The notes: generated by a model not told the origin, from the sequence alone. Positions 12,783-27,834 are shown, numbered from the whole stretch's first letter. The stretch: DNA of 55,628 nucleotides, filler included, from Catajapyx aquilonaris (GCA_000934665.2; 4 parts of 4 records of this genome joined end to end with filler, not necessarily neighbours in it), one strand, 5' to 3'. Made by a program: numbers and translations.

Positions 12783-13113
12783 GAATGGGGTCCTAGCCTA
12801 CATTTTGCAAACCTATGTAAAATATCATCCATATTTTTAAATGAATTTTGGTGTTTTTTGTTTGAAGAAATGCATATTATTAGTTTTAGAGCTATAATGA
12901 CGTCACTGTAGTTAAGCAGGAGTGGGAATGCACTTTTTGGACCACTTCCCCTTTCTTCCTGCCAATTTCAGAGTGAATTTTAAACCCCCAATAATAATTT
13001 ATTGAGTAATGACATTTTGGTTCCAAAAAGTGATGGAATGCATGTTTATATGTATGGTTGAGCTATTCGTGTACAAATTACCCAAATCTCAGACAAAGGC
13101 TAGGACCCCATTC
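12783..13113. mobile_element. MITE-like element
   Basis: Inverted termini GAATGGGGTCCTAGCCT / AGGCTAGGACCCCATTC. Confidence 0.5.
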
Positions 13114-13429
13114 TTATTAAGGCCTGAAGGAAGGTTCAGCCTGCAAAATATGGGTTCAGTCATTGACACGTGATGCTAATTGTTTGAGTAGGTCATTCTC
13201 AATCAGGAATTCATTGCAACTACATCACTAATATAATTATTGTGTTGGGCATTTCTTTTGTACATGCCATTACCTGCCAATTACTCGGCTCTTACGTACT
13301 GTGTGGTTACTGTAATTTTTATATTATTTTGTTAAAATTAAATTGGGAAGTGCTTTCACCTGGTGCATATTGCACATAGACCTTTATTTGAATTTTATTT
13401 TGCTAATGCTGAAATGGGATGGGGGTAGG

Positions 13430-13594
13430 GGGTTAAAGGAGAAGGTTCCCAAGGGAGGACGCTCTTAGATGGTTTTTGAAGACCCATCAGGTGAAAAGTG
13501 GAAAAAGACCTAAGCCAGCAGAGGTGACGGGAATGGGATTTGTACCCTGGACCTCCTCCTTGGCTGGCTAGTGGTATAGCCACTTGCCTCCCCA
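13430..13594 (-). mobile_element. Decayed tRNA-derived SINE; 3' limit approximate
   Basis: Minus strand reads GGGGAGGCAAGTGGC...GGGTACAAATCCC, a degenerate A/B-box head. Confidence 0.35.
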
Positions 13595-13784
13595 TTACAT
13601 ACTGTAAACAAAAACAAGTCTTGCAAAATCCTACTTGATACATGTGCTGTTATTTTGAAAGAGCTGCTAATTTTTTTTACCGATATCTTTTCCATTCCCA
13701 ACTTGTGAAGGAGATGTTTTATACTTGCTCTGATCTGAAAATATTGGGACACCCCCAAAAAATGGAGTGGTGGGGTTATACACA

Positions 13785-13884
13785 NNNNNNNNNNNNNNNN
13801 NNNNNNNNNNNNNNNNNNNNNNNNNNNNTTAATTAATTAANNNNNNNNNNNNNNNNNNNNNNNNNNNNNNNNNNNNNNNNNNNN
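13785..13884. other. Artificial scaffold-joining spacer
   Basis: 44 N + TTAATTAATTAA (stops in all six frames) + 44 N. Confidence 0.97.
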
Positions 13885-14913
13885 CAGGCGACAAAGTGTT
13901 AAGAATAAGACGGAGGGTATTTGCACGCACTTTTTTTTTCGCTTCCCTTTCCCCAGGCCGGGGGGACATTACTGCGCAGAGGCCACAATGGCAAATAAAT
14001 GACGAGTGAATAAGCAAATGAAGAATTGTGCGGGGAGAATCAGGCCTACTGAGGCTGGGCTAATGGGCCGGGCTTGCCATTAATGAATCATTGTCCGCGC
14101 TATTTACAGCCGGAAAAGAGGGAGCCTAAATCACGACCAGCACGCATCCTTACACTTCCAGTAAATTTTTGTAGGGCAGGAAAATGAGTTGTCACCCCCT
14201 CCCAATAAAAACAGACCAAAAATTGGTGGGCCAACTTGATCTGTCATCATTGGACGTAAAATGCTGCGGGCAATTTTCGGACATTGTTGGTTCATGGTGT
14301 AGCAAACAATGATATCCTGCGTGTTAGACTAACCCGAGATGCGGTTGTGCATATTGTGGTGCATGCCCTGCAGGGGCAAGTGTGACCTTCAAATTTACAA
14401 CGTGCGATTCAGGATTAGAGAGGACCACCCTGCCACAGCCTCCAAATTACAACAAGTCGAGTTTATCTACCCCCATAAAAGTGACAAGCCCGTATCACTC
14501 TTAAAGACTGATACGTGAGTGTGTGAGGAAGTATTTATGGCCAAAAGTGGTCCACTTTTTTTTTGTGAGGGTGGGCCCCTGCAGGAATAAGAGGCGATGA
14601 CATGATTCAGTCGGTGCTTTTTGGGCATGGAGGGGGCCCGATAAGAGAAAATTAATTATTACATTATCAGCGAGCTTGGTCCTGCCACAGCGTGTGGCAC
14701 TCAATATAATCACGCGCCTGCTACGTCACCCACAATCCCAGACATGGCGGCCCTGCTGGGATATATTGGGGGCTATATACCCCTTCTAATACAACCTGCC
14801 AATTCAGGCCCGAAACGATTTTTTAGTCAGCGCCCCCATTTCACATTTCCTGCTGCTAGATCTACGCTGATACTTTTTCGGAAAGGATTTGCACATGGCA
14901 CACGTTGGATGTA

Positions 14914-15101
14914 CAGTGCTGGACATTAATGGTGTCGTACTGGTGGCGCCACGGGTCGCTGGCGGCAAAAGATCGAATCGAAAGTTGCCTCCGGATGACC
15001 GCCTTCTTCACTTGGTTTATGCTCAAGTTAAGGTGGTCATCCGGAGGCAACTTTCGATGCGCTCGTGGTGACACAAATAAGATACCATTAATGTCCAGCA
15101 G
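14914..15101. mobile_element. Palindromic TA-flanked MITE / hairpin
   Basis: Outer arms TGCTGGACATTAATGGT / ACCATTAATGTCCAGCA; inner ~29-bp arms ATCGAAAGTTGCCTCCGGATGACCGCCTT / AAGGTGGTCATCCGGAGGCAACTTTCGAT. Confidence 0.65.
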
Positions 15102-18100
15102 TACGTATGAACGTTCAAGTAGCGGTTTCAAAAAAAAAAAATCCAATATTGCACAATTTACAGCGCAAACTACGCTGCAATTGTCCTTTCCGCACACACA
15201 AACCTGCAGTTACGAGGTTTTGCATATTATGCCGGCTTTACTTTCATGGTCTTAATATTATTTAATGAGCAAGCTCGGTGAATAGGGAAGCGACCCTCTA
15301 GCAGCATAATTGTATATGGCAGCTTAACTGTTTATTTAATTTCAAGTCGAGTTCTCGGCCGGTTTGAGTCTAGTATGCTGTATTTATGTGCACTGATGGT
15401 TTGTAGGCCTATATAATGTGTTCTCTAGCTCTCCCTCTGCCTAGAAAATATTCAGGGAGCACAACGAAATTAGTGACCTTTTGAACCTGGCCTTGCGTTA
15501 ATCATAACAACCGTCCCCCCGTGCAGAAACTGATCACAATGATTTCTGCGAAATGCACAGGTGAGCTTGCGAAGAGGCTCATCCCACCGTGAATGTGCGA
15601 CTCCTTTTCATAATAATCTGTCGTTTACTTGTTGCCGGCTAATGAGCACCAGGTTGCACAGGTGAAGCAGTTTGTGCACTGTCCAGCAGTATAGTTTTTT
15701 GCCAAGTTGTTAATAAGTGTAGATATGATTTGGGTGTGGGAAAGAGAGGAAGGGCGGCTCCTCTATTTTCACCCTGGGACTTCCTTGGGTCAGGGAACAT
15801 GGAAGCTCTGGCACTAAAAACCATCGGGGGCTGTCCGGCACACAATCAGATGGTCAAGGTTCGATGACAACAACAACACACATCCAGAGAGAGGGGTCCC
15901 GCCCACCTCCCGTCATAAACTGTGCAGAAAAAAGTGTAACTGTGTATGTGAAGGAACCTGCTCTTAATTGCGGGGTGTAACAAGGTGCGCAAAATTAGCA
16001 AAATTTGCGCTAGTTATCGGGCGATTGTCAATCGATATGAGCTGTGTGGTTTCAAGTGGGTGCGAAGCATTATCAGCATCCGGTGGTCCATGAGACAGGT
16101 GCGAATGAAGCGATTTTAGCAATTATTGGTTTCAGGGGGGGTCACACCTCTTGAGACATACGGATCGGACAATAACGCTCGATTTGCGGAAAATGCAAAA
16201 AAACAAAACCTGAGCCACACCCGTCCTTTGTCGGGTGGGGGATCGGTCGGCGAGAGGCGGCGGTTTTCAACCCCCCTATACCCCATACCACCCCCTCTCC
16301 TCTTCATGCAAATGACAAAGCCACAAAGCCGGGAAATTGGGAAGGGGGGGAAGGGGGGATGTAGTATAGGCTCCATGTACTGCCCCCACTTTTTTCTACG
16401 TGCCATGGGTAACCTTATGGATCGAAAAGAGTTGGCAGGATACAGTACGTGATCATTGCTTCAATTTGATTTGGCACATCTGGAAGAGTATGTCCTAGCC
16501 TTATTAGTCTGGGTTTTGGAAAATTAATGCACAAATAACTCCAACCATACTTCCACCACTTTTCTGCACCAAAATGTCAATCCTCGATGTATTATCGCGG
16601 GTTTAAAAGTCACTCTCAAATTGCCGCGAAAAAAGGGGGGCCTCTGCACCGATCTATTTCTGCTAGTGACGTCAGAGGGCAGGACGATACCGTACACTTA
16701 ATATGATCTTAGATCGATTTTAGCTCGAAACTGAAACATATTTCTTCAGACAAAACTGGTTTTAAAATAAGGGCGATTTTTTTTACGTGGGTCTGCAAAA
16801 TGTGGGCTAGGACTCCATTAAAATGGTCTAGTCTGAACGACAATTTTATTGCGAAACGCACGTCGACATACGATCAGGTGCCCCCTTTTTTATTCTGCAT
16901 GTTTTTCGTGTCGTATACATTTGTATGCTCAATGCAACATCCACTGAATAACAATCGTCTCGTTGTTTTGTATGATTTAAATATCAGCCATGCATGAAGT
17001 GCTGATCACTTGAGAGATACCATTTTTGGTATTACAAGTCTTGACAGGCCGTCCGATGATGCGAATTCCTAAGCACCTGTACGTAGATGACACATTTTTT
17101 TTTTTCGGAGGGGGACTAACTAATGAGAGGATTTCACAGCCGCTTATCCTCGGCAACATGCGCCATCTTGNNNNNNNNNNNNNNNNNCCCCCTAAAAGGA
17201 ATAGCCTTGAGGCGTAATGTCTGAAGTTGTTGTGCTGTCAAAATGAGTTTCTCTCCCTTCATTTTCCTGGGGTCCTCTTCAGGCAAAAGCAAGCCTCCTG
17301 GCCTTCCTCCTTACTCCGTGGGTCCCAAACCCATAAATTCGAGGGAAACAAACGGAGCAATCTGGTTTCATTTGCCCTCGGTCGCCGTTGCTGCAGCCAG
17401 CTCCAGACTCCAACGGAGGAGGAGGAGGGGTGGGGGCCCTAGTCACTAAGGCTACATTAATTAAACATCACCCTCTTGGAAGGTAATTAACATGGCATTA
17501 TCTTCCAGTTAAAATTAATCCGCGTTTTCGTACCTCTGAATACTCCCGTAATTAGCTCGTTAACTTTTAATTGATACAAATCCGGAGTTGCAAATAGACC
17601 CCTTTCAAGGATCATTACGCGCCATTGGAACAAACAACAATCATTGTCTTTGCTGGAAGAAGGGGCCTGTTTTGTCTTTTTCCTCTCGCTGCCTCCGCTC
17701 ACTTCTCAAAGGGGGACACTCGCTACTATTCACTACGACTAAATAGCGATCATTATTTGGCCTATTCAAGTTGGGCCCCCCTGAGCCCACCAGCTTCTCC
17801 TTGCCTAAGCGAATATTATGTACTATGTCTGGACGAAAAAGCTGTCGAAAAAAAAGTAGAAAATTTTCCTGTGGGAGGACCCCCGGCCCCCGCAGGCCAT
17901 GTGCGTGTATGTTTGCTCCAATTACCCCGGACTTTGTCTGCTCTGTGCTGATAAACATTTTCTTTTTCCCCAGACTTACAGCCGGCTAAATAAGTTAGGT
18001 TTGGGTTCTGGCAAGAGAACAGCGCAAACAAATTTTGGGCCCAGGTTGAAGGCAAAGAACCTGCCGAGAGGAAAACTCATTACAATGAATTACACATTTA

Positions 18101-21100
18101 ATGAGTGACGTTAGTCCTACAAAGAGCAGCGTGGAATTACCGTCGGGTTATGTCCCGCATCTAGTTCTTGGCATAAAAGTCAGATGCTAGTTTTTTTTCT
18201 TTTTCTCCGAGCTCTGTATAAGCTAATAAAGTGTGTGTGTGTGTGTGGGTGTACTAGCAGCCAGGCCTGCAAACTTTATGGAATCGATGGGGACTCCGGG
18301 ATTAGCTTGTTATAATCCTCCCTTGGTAAAGACCCGTTCATTCATTCGTTCATTAGCATAAATACCCCGCGCCGGCGATAGTCGGATGAAAAGTGCATGC
18401 TTCCAAGTAGCAATTGTTTGCTGTTAATTAACTGAGCTTTTGGAGACTACACAAGTGCGTATATATCTCTTCTGTTCCTCTTTAGGAACAATTTAGGAGC
18501 GGGGCAGGACGACAGCTGGATGTTCCGGCCAATCGAGAGGTGAAATTTGAGTTTAATTAACCCAACACTGGCTCGACCTGAAATACTAGGAGCCAGCACC
18601 GGGTTTGTTTCCCAAGCAATTATCCCCACTAGTGTTACCCGGCCCTACTTCATGCCCACCCACCCCCCACCCAAGCCAACCCCACCCCTAGAGACTATAT
18701 ACACACTCTCACTATACACACGGTTCCAAAATTTCACTCTGGCTTTGGGCGCGGCCAATAAGTCGACAAGTTTCAGTGTTCGCCAAGGAGGAAAAGAGGG
18801 GCTCGAGTCGAGGGACAAGTGGAAATAATTGCCTCCTTTAAAGTCTAAGGAGAGTTAATCCCCGCTCAATTACCATGGCGTCGATAAATTGTCCGGATGC
18901 CAACCCATTTCTCCTCCAGCATCCATGTAATCCCTCAGGACACCCCCATCTTCCTCTTGATTACTGCCAGAAATTTGGCCCATCCAAAACGACTCGCCTT
19001 TTCTTACTACACCATTTTTGGTTCGTACAAATAATTAATAATTGGAGCCTTTGTTGGACATCCTTCCTGTTGTGAAACTCTCCAAGAAAGCATGAGTGAC
19101 GGCTGCTGACGTAAATGGTGTATGAAACAAGGTTACTCGACGGGAGGTGATTTTCTACGTTGCTACATACATTTCACAAGCCCACGTGTTGTCTTTCCTG
19201 CAGCTGCAACATTCATCATGCATCGCACCAACTAATTAACGTACTTAATCACTAAAAAAAGAGAGAGGGCTCGGGCCAGGTTTTTTTTCCATTTTCCAAA
19301 ATGCGTCCTCGCTTTTTAATGCGTCATTAACTGCGGTTAGCCATCGATCCTGACGTCACCTGAGCCCAAGTGCATCGACTGACCAATCATCGAGCTTTTT
19401 TTCCCCACGCAATGCAATTTTACCTTGCAGAAAAAATGTGTTAGTGACATTATGGCGTGACACGGTCACCAAAAAAAAAAAACTTCATTCATAAGCTGGT
19501 TGCGACCCCCACTTTTTTTTTGAAACCTTTCCCACATTTTTTTCTGTCTCTTTCCTTTATTAGGCAGGAGGGCCCGTTATCGCGGTCTCTCTTCCGCATC
19601 CGGTCCAGCACTTGCGAAAAGCACTTGGAGCCACAGGAAACTAGATTTACGTCCACGACACACCTGCCTATACTTCACCTATTTTTTACGTTCAAAAAAT
19701 AAAATAAAAATATTTATAACAAAATGGAAGTAGGGCATGGACGCACGCTGCAGGTTAAGAATGACCCGAATGAGTATAGTAAAATTACTTATTATTTAAT
19801 ATTGGCGACTTTCGTCTTCTTCTGTATGTAAAGGAGGACTGTTCCCATGCCGAAGAAGTCCTCAAGGTCTTTACCTGGCGAGGGCAACGGACGCGCGGGA
19901 TTTAATCGCTTACATTGTAGGTTGTTGTACACTCTGTCCTGACACATTACTTACGAAAAGAAAGGAAGTTAAGTATCTCTCTGGCCTTGAGCAAATATGG
20001 AATCGTCCTACGACCCGTAAGAACAAGTTGGCTCGTTTGCTTTTTGGCCAGGTGGCTATTGTTGGTACAATCTTCAGGATGTGTACAAAAAAAATGCGAT
20101 GAATAATTAATTTCACATCGTATAGTCTGACTCAAAAAAAGATACTTATTATCGAAGGAACAAGCTTTCGAGCAAAAAAAATGTGTATTCTTTCCACTGA
20201 TGCTGGTCAGTTGGCGAAAAACGTAACTCCGATTCATCAAACTGCTTGACTGCTCGTTATCGGCCAATCAATCTCCTATGAAAGTCTGATAGGAACCAGT
20301 GAAAAAGTTATCTACTTCAAATCAAAAAAACAGGCCATTTATCACTCGATTTTTTCCCTCTCTTCGTTGCGAAGAAGACGAAGAAGAAGAAGAAAAAACG
20401 TCACTAGGGCATATTACCTCCTACCGGAAAAGCCTTTCCAGGAAAAGATTGCTTTAGTTTTGCTCCAATAGATCTCTTCCATATACTGTCTCCGATAGTA
20501 CATCTGATCTGGGCCAAACATCCTCGCACTTTGCTATGTGCTTCTGCTCAATTTTTGCGTACCACTATACATGATGCGCAGCAACGTGTAAACCGCACAG
20601 GCACCTTAACAATTCAGACGAGAAACTAATTAGCAGGGGCTCCCTGCTTCTCAAAAGGTGTGCTGGCTGCTCACAGTAGGAATTTTAAATCGCGGGCCTC
20701 AACAACAAAAAGCTGTGGGTGGGCCTAAAGGCCTTTACACCCATATGAATTTTATCGACGTGAACTTACTTCATCAGCAACATATTATATTCTGACAAAT
20801 TTTGTTCAAACTTGCATCAGTTGAGATTTTTCATTTGAATATCTTTTCATTGGTTGGAGTTTAACCACCCTGTAGCTGTAAAAAGGTCCCATGTCGAGCA
20901 TGAGCAGTAACTAAAATCCTTGTCTCTCTCTCTCCCCTCTCCTTCCATCATCATCATCTGCATATCCATGCATGGGAATGAAGTGGAGGAATGCAGGTAA
21001 ATGAGCGTCGAACCCACCTTTTGCGCGCGCATCATTGCTTGGCATTCAAAAAATGTCGGCCCATCTCTCTCGCAGGCTGTGGTCCAGCCGTCTTTTCAGC

Positions 21101-24100
21101 CTCCGTGTATACTATATACAGGGGACCTCAAAATGTCCCTGCAGCCTCCCCAGATGGAATAACAGTCCTTTGCCCGCCTCTCGCTTTATTTTCTTTCCCA
21201 TTAGGAAGTAATGTCTTCCAACACGTCTTGTTGGGTGGGAGGGTAGGGCGCCATTTCTATATCGAAAATTTGGCGCACTTTATGGTCATTTTACGTGGTG
21301 GAAAAGGGAGTTAATAGACCATTACGTGCGGGAATGAGCACCGTTTCCTTTCTCATGTAAATGTTAGTTGCACGGAGCGAGATTGGTTTTGCCTTCCAGT
21401 CAAATTCATTTCTCTTCTTTTCAAACAGTCCCCAGCACAGCAGCAGCGCCAGTAATTTTCGACGGCTGGAAAATTTTTGCTCACACTAGGCTGTGGGGTC
21501 CTACTTTTCCATCTTGCAACTAGCAAAATGTCGCATTTTTTCCCCCCAGTACTCTCCCCTCCGTCATTACGGATTTATTGTGAGAGAAACACTTCCAGCA
21601 ATTAGCGTCATGCGAATAAGTTCGGTCGCAAAAAAAATCCAATTCCATTTTTTTTTTGCGAAAAAGTATGATTGTGGGCAAAGTCCAGGGGTGGTCCAAA
21701 AAATTGCCTAATCTGTCAGGCAAAGGGGTTTGTCACCCGCCCTCTTAATAATGCAGGTCCTGATGGGGGGGGGGGGGGTGCCCCAAATTTTATNTATAGT
21801 CGGCTTCTAGTCGCGTTGATGCCAGCCATTAGAACGCGCCCTTTGTCGGCCCCAAACTACTGGTATCTAGATCGTATTGACACCATAAAGCCATCCTTGT
21901 GGTTTCAATCCGACATCAGGATGAGCTCCTAGCCCACAAATTAATTATTGCGAGCCGAATACACTGAGAGGAGGGGAAAGGAAGGGGGGGGGGGGCGCCT
22001 AACGGGGAGGGATAAGTTACAACCTGTCTAGATGATGGATAGATAAATCTTAACTGATTATTTTTAGTCTCATTATCCATGCGACGGACCCGGGAAGTTG
22101 TCTGGCTGTCAACCATAAATCCGCCCCGTTACTTTATGACCTCATCTTGCGCTCTGCTTAACCATACCCCCCCTCTTTTTACAGATGAGCACGGCTATTG
22201 GCACCAGCAGGAACGGAACATTATATACACACATATAGCACACTCTGGAGGCCAAGCAGGAAACACTGGTCCTGGAATTTTTATATCGGAAGAGATGAAA
22301 TTTAGACCGTTCGCGGTTCAGTTTAGTGAAGTTGGAATGCCCCCATTTTAAATAAGATTTTGAAAATAATATTGTCATGAAATCAGATTAATTTTAATCT
22401 AGAGGCACAAAAATATTGGTCGAAATCAACATATTTCCGACCCTACACTGCAATTAAGTATAATTTATTAATTAAAATTTATTATATAATACGGTATATG
22501 TTGTAATGAAAATTCCTTGACAATGCTAGGAAAACTGGTTTCAACATTTTTAAGGGGTCATTTCCAATATCTAGGCTTTGAAACGTAATTTTTTATAATA
22601 AACGCGTCAACAAATTGTTTTATTGTCATTATCATTTTTACAGTTATGTGAATATTCAAATCATACATTTATGAAATGCGCCTCAAACATTTCCTTCGTC
22701 TGAATATAATATTGCACATAATAACCCAAAATTACGCATAATATTGTTAGTCTTTACCATCTTTAATATGACATTAAGAGTGATCATTTTGTATTCCTGT
22801 TTTGTAATTTTTATGTGTGTACAGTATTGCTGGAGATATACTTCGTGAGGATGTGCAGCATATAAATAATATTATTATAACATCTCGTGATAGGCTGTGA
22901 GGTTTTAATATGTCTGGAATTCCCCCCAGTTGTTGTATTGCATTGAATGTGTATTATTTTCAGTTCATTTACGTCTGTTTCCTTCCTCACTACCTTTTTG
23001 TGGAAAATGGCTTGATGTATGAATAATTATTGTAATAAGTTATAATACGTACGATCTACACTAACACGCTAAGTAGCAAGAAGATTCGTGCAAAAAAAAA
23101 AAAAGTTTCTCTTGGCGCACCCTGTAGACTTCGAGTCAAAAAATCGACTTCTCCTTAAGAAAAATCTCTTGCGCAACAGGGCGCAAATGTCTCCCCGTGA
23201 TCAAATGCAATTAGGGTTTTACAAAAGCTGGTAATTGGGTTAAGCGAATCTTGAGGGGGCGACAGCAAAGGGGAGCTTCAAGGGGGGGGCTTCTAGTCCG
23301 GAAAAATATCAATCGATGAACTAAGGCGAAATAAGTGAGTGTGTGTGTATTTTTCCCCCGTAAAACCCTGGGGCCCAGGCTAAATGAAGAGTGACAAGCG
23401 AAAGGATTTCTGGCAGTACACAAATTACGCGAGGGGAGTGGGATTAAAAATGGGCCACTTCCTACGTCACATTGCCGGTTCCACTTATGGTCGTCCATGC
23501 CAAACTATCAGACCGGGATGAAGCCCAGAGAAGAGAGAGATATTTTTTTTTAAACACACACACATACGTACACGTAAAAATGTAGCGAGAGTCCTCAACG
23601 TGGGGACATTCATCCAGAAAATTCGAATTTGAACTCACTTTTTTTTAAAAGCCCACACCCACACTTGAATATGGTCGGAGTTTTTTCACGATTTACAGAA
23701 AGCGCAAGCGGTAAATAAATTTTTAATCTGCGCAAAATGTCAGGTAATAGGATGCAAAATTCTCTCAAACTCACTTCCAGGACCGTTTTTTCCCCAACGC
23801 AATTTTTTTTCTGCCTTACGAGATTTTTTGCCGACGGGAAAACGGACACCAAAATTTATAAATATACCGGCATCGTTTTATATTATTTTGTAACCGATCA
23901 ACTTTTTAATTTCCGGTCACTTTTGCAGCATAAGTTTCCGAGCACACCAAGACTTGGGAATGTAATCCAAAATGATTTATAACACTTCAGACAAACTTGC
24001 ACGATCAATTATTTCTGGGAACCAGAGGTTTATGAAGACTTGAGATAATTAGCATTAATCAAATGGCGCAAATACAGCCCACGGCACTTCCATCAACAAA

Positions 24101-27100
24101 TATTCCTTTACAAGCCAGTTTTGCTGCATTTTACACCACAGTTTATTCGACTTTCTTCAATGACGAAGCTTCCACAAGCTGATTAAATCCAACTTGATTG
24201 CAGCAAGACCGCAACGTAGATCAAGCAGAATTAAAGCATATGTCGGTGGGACCCACATCCCCCGGAGAGAAAAGTGTTTCGACTCTTGCTCCGGAGGTGT
24301 CCCATGAATTAGAGCTTAGGACACACGGAGCAAGTCTCTTTCACCTCTTCACTCCCCCGCTTTAATTCCTGTAATGGATACTTACAGTATTTCCGAACTA
24401 AGAAATTGAATTAAGCGGGGAAATTTAGAGTCGCTGAAAGGATGTGAAAGAGACAGCGACACTCGGAGACATATTCCCTCGATTCAAGTCTTGCTTTCTC
24501 CACCCACCCACCCACCCCTCTCACCCCCTCTTATATTTCTATAATATGAGAGCACTCTCGGTGGATGGGATCTATCACAATTTTCAAAGTGCCGGCGCCA
24601 TTTCAAATGCCTCTCACTTATCATTTGAGGGGGCAAATTTACGGCAGGAAAATAACCACTGCAATTGTACTTTCGAAGCTGGTACTCTAGGCGACGAAAT
24701 GGTCGTGGAACGAAAGGAAATTAATCACTTAATTTTTGAGTTACGGGAATAATTGACTCAGCGAGTCCTTGAATAAATTTCCTATAAATTTAAATAAACG
24801 TTTAATGAACAATTGCTCTACATAGCCTAAGAACAGAAGTGTATGAAATCATATCTGAAAATAATTAATGGTCATTTTAAGACACTGAGTGACTCAGATC
24901 ACCTTACAATTTGTACATTGACGCACACCTTCACGCTTCAATGGATTGCAGGTTTATGAGTAAAGCAAAAGTGCGAAGGGCAATTTGCAGTGTGTTAAGT
25001 CAACCCTGACTTCAAAGCATGGGTGTAGATCTGTTTGTTCCTGCCGCACAGTATTGTACAGTACTGGAGAAAGTGACAGGTAATGGACCTGAGTCAGTCC
25101 CAGGGATATTACATGTATGGCCTGCGTAATACACTTATGAAATCTGCTAACGTTACAATCTTGCATAATCAAGTTGCAAACAAAGTTGGCGATAAGATTT
25201 CCGCTTGAATGCAGCCGAATTAAAACAATCCGGTGTATTGTTGGGCGTTTTAAAATGTCTCTTTCTTATAGCCAATCATTCTGATTAGCTAACCCAAAAG
25301 TCAGACTCGCTGCATGTGGCGAATTTATTTTTATAAAAAGAATATTTCTCTAATTGGCTTATTCCCTCCGTCGGATGTTTGTCCGACCTGGTAGTATCGC
25401 TATCTCTCGCATCACGATTTGGGGGTGGCAGGAGTGTGCAGAAGGGGTATGCGCCATCTAGGCGTGAAAAATAGCATGACATTGTAAATCGGCGGGACCT
25501 CTCATTAAAGTTGTTTGATTGTCACTGTCATACCGATTAATTATTATCGGTTTTGCCAAATTTTGGCAACGGGTTCACTAGTCATACACATCATAATTGA
25601 CTTGATTCTGTGCCTCTGTCCGCGTAGTCCTCGCCCGACCCTGAGGGTGGCAGTAGTGTGCAGAGAGGGATCTATGTAGGGACATTGTACTATCTGGACA
25701 GTCGGTGGTCCGGGCAATTAATAATACACGTATGTAATGTGACGTAATAAATTACATAATTTTGTTTTAAAATTAAAACGTGCTCTTCCGCCCCCCTATT
25801 AGTAGAAGCAAGTGACAGAGCTGAGCAATGAAGGCAAATGGCATCGGCCATAGTTTATTCCTGGCGGAGAATGTCGCGCTGGCTGAGAATGAGTTTTGGC
25901 TCCGAAAATCCTTTAGCCGGAACCTCCTCGTGTAAAATGGCCGTGCAAAGAGCTGACCATCTGCAGCTGCGATGCCAGCTTGTTTATGAGCCCAGAAGCA
26001 GCAGCCCTTTTCCCCCCAAGTCTCTCGCTTGTTCTCTCTCTCCCTTCTCTCCTCTAATGCTCCGTAGGTTTGTTGTTCCAGAGACTGCAATTAATCATAA
26101 TTTCTCGAACTTTCGTTCATTTCCGAAGCCCTTACTGTCTCCCCCCTCCTCCTCCTCCACCACCCCCGCCCCCTTACCACCCTCCCTCCGCCCCCACCCA
26201 CTCCCATTCTCTTCATATCAAAGGAAAATTCCATTACTTGCCCGAGGTAACGAGGCCTGTGTTCAAGGCCTGCATTGAATGGGATTCCACGGTGCACCAC
26301 TAATGACTGCAAACTTTCGGAACAAAACTGATTTTCTCTATCAGGGAGGCCAAATTACCAGGCCGGCCGATTTCAGAAGGGTGGGCCTGTGGGTGCCTCT
26401 ACTTCGTGCGTGGGAGGTTCAAGCTTAGGTACCAAGTCTCTTGCCTTATTTTTTTTTCTGATTTGTACAAAATGTGAAGATGTGGCGCCAAATTTAACCT
26501 GCTTCCAAAATTTTGGGGGGGTTTTGGCTACTTATTCAAGGCAGGCTGGACTTAACAATGAACGGGCGGTGTAGACTAGGCTAGGGACGAGATTTCAATA
26601 TGCTGGGCTCCAGATTTATTGTCCTGTCTCTGGCAGAAAGAACAGCTCTTTCGGCGGCCAGTGGACCGTGCGGCCATTATGAGCACACCTGGCCCGCGGT
26701 GTTGCCCAGTTTACAAAACCTATCCTTGTAATGGGCCAAGGGTAAGGTCCCTTCAATCAACGCGGGTGTTGTTACAACACTGGCTGACCATTCAACCATC
26801 GAGTTGTGCCAGGGGACGCTCGACAGAGTCACACATTACGGTNNNNNNNNNNNTTCCCCCCCCCCCTCCCCCTTTTTTAAAGTTTTAAAAATATTTTTGG
26901 GGGCACCCACAGAGCCTGCAAGGGGGTAAAAAAGTCGAATTTGAATTTATATGAATGATTCCTGTGTGACATAATGGGAAGTGTCCAAAGCAGCGAATTT
27001 GCTAAACAGCTTATTTTTAAGCAACTGTTTTTGGTAGTAACGGAAATATTAACCGACAACATTAGGATTCAGGGCACAGAATTATCGCATTTTTCGCAAC

Positions 27101-27834
27101 TTATTGTAGCTTTTTTTTTTTAATTCAGCAATTATTGCACCTAAGATCAACAGTTAACGAAGTAGTCATTGTTTCGTGACATGTTCACTTTATAGCAATA
27201 ATTTATTTATTACTTGGGCTGCCTCGCCGCTAATTGCAGATGGGTACGACCAGATGTAATAATTGCCGTCCCTGGAGACATGCAAATGACAAGTGGTGAT
27301 CAGTATTGCCCAATAACTATAGTTAACAGACACTCCTCTTTTTCCCACCCTACCCACAGCCCCTGCGTACAAAAATTTGCATATAAGCAAGTACTACAGT
27401 ACAGAGAGAGAGGGAAAGAGCTTTGAATGAAGTTGGAACATTTTACTTTTCGGTGGTGTGGTACGTGGCTTTAACGACCATGGGAGATGTTGATGAGTCT
27501 ACGAAATGACCTGTAAAAACTTTTCCGGCGGTGTGGAAACAGCATTTCAATTGAAATTCCGGAAGGGAAAGGGGGGTAGAGAGAGAGAGGTGGGGGAGGG
27601 GAGGGGAGAAAAAAGGCGTGGAAATACCGGAAACGTTGAGAACTCGACATAGGAACGGAGACCTTTTTTTTTCCAAACCTCCAAACATGTCAAAACAACT
27701 GTTCTCTATTGAGGGCGTCATGTGGCCTTTAGTTGCTTTTTTTTTCCTTCAAACCTACGAGTCCTAATGTGAAAGGGTAAAACGACTAGGATTATCTCAA
27801 ATATGCTCTCTTCCAAGTGAGGATTTTAAAAACG

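Noticed and set aside
23118..23135. miR-10-like ACCCTGTAGA
   Set aside because: The match stops after 10 nt and no hairpin is evident; more likely a CACCCTG|TA transposon end.
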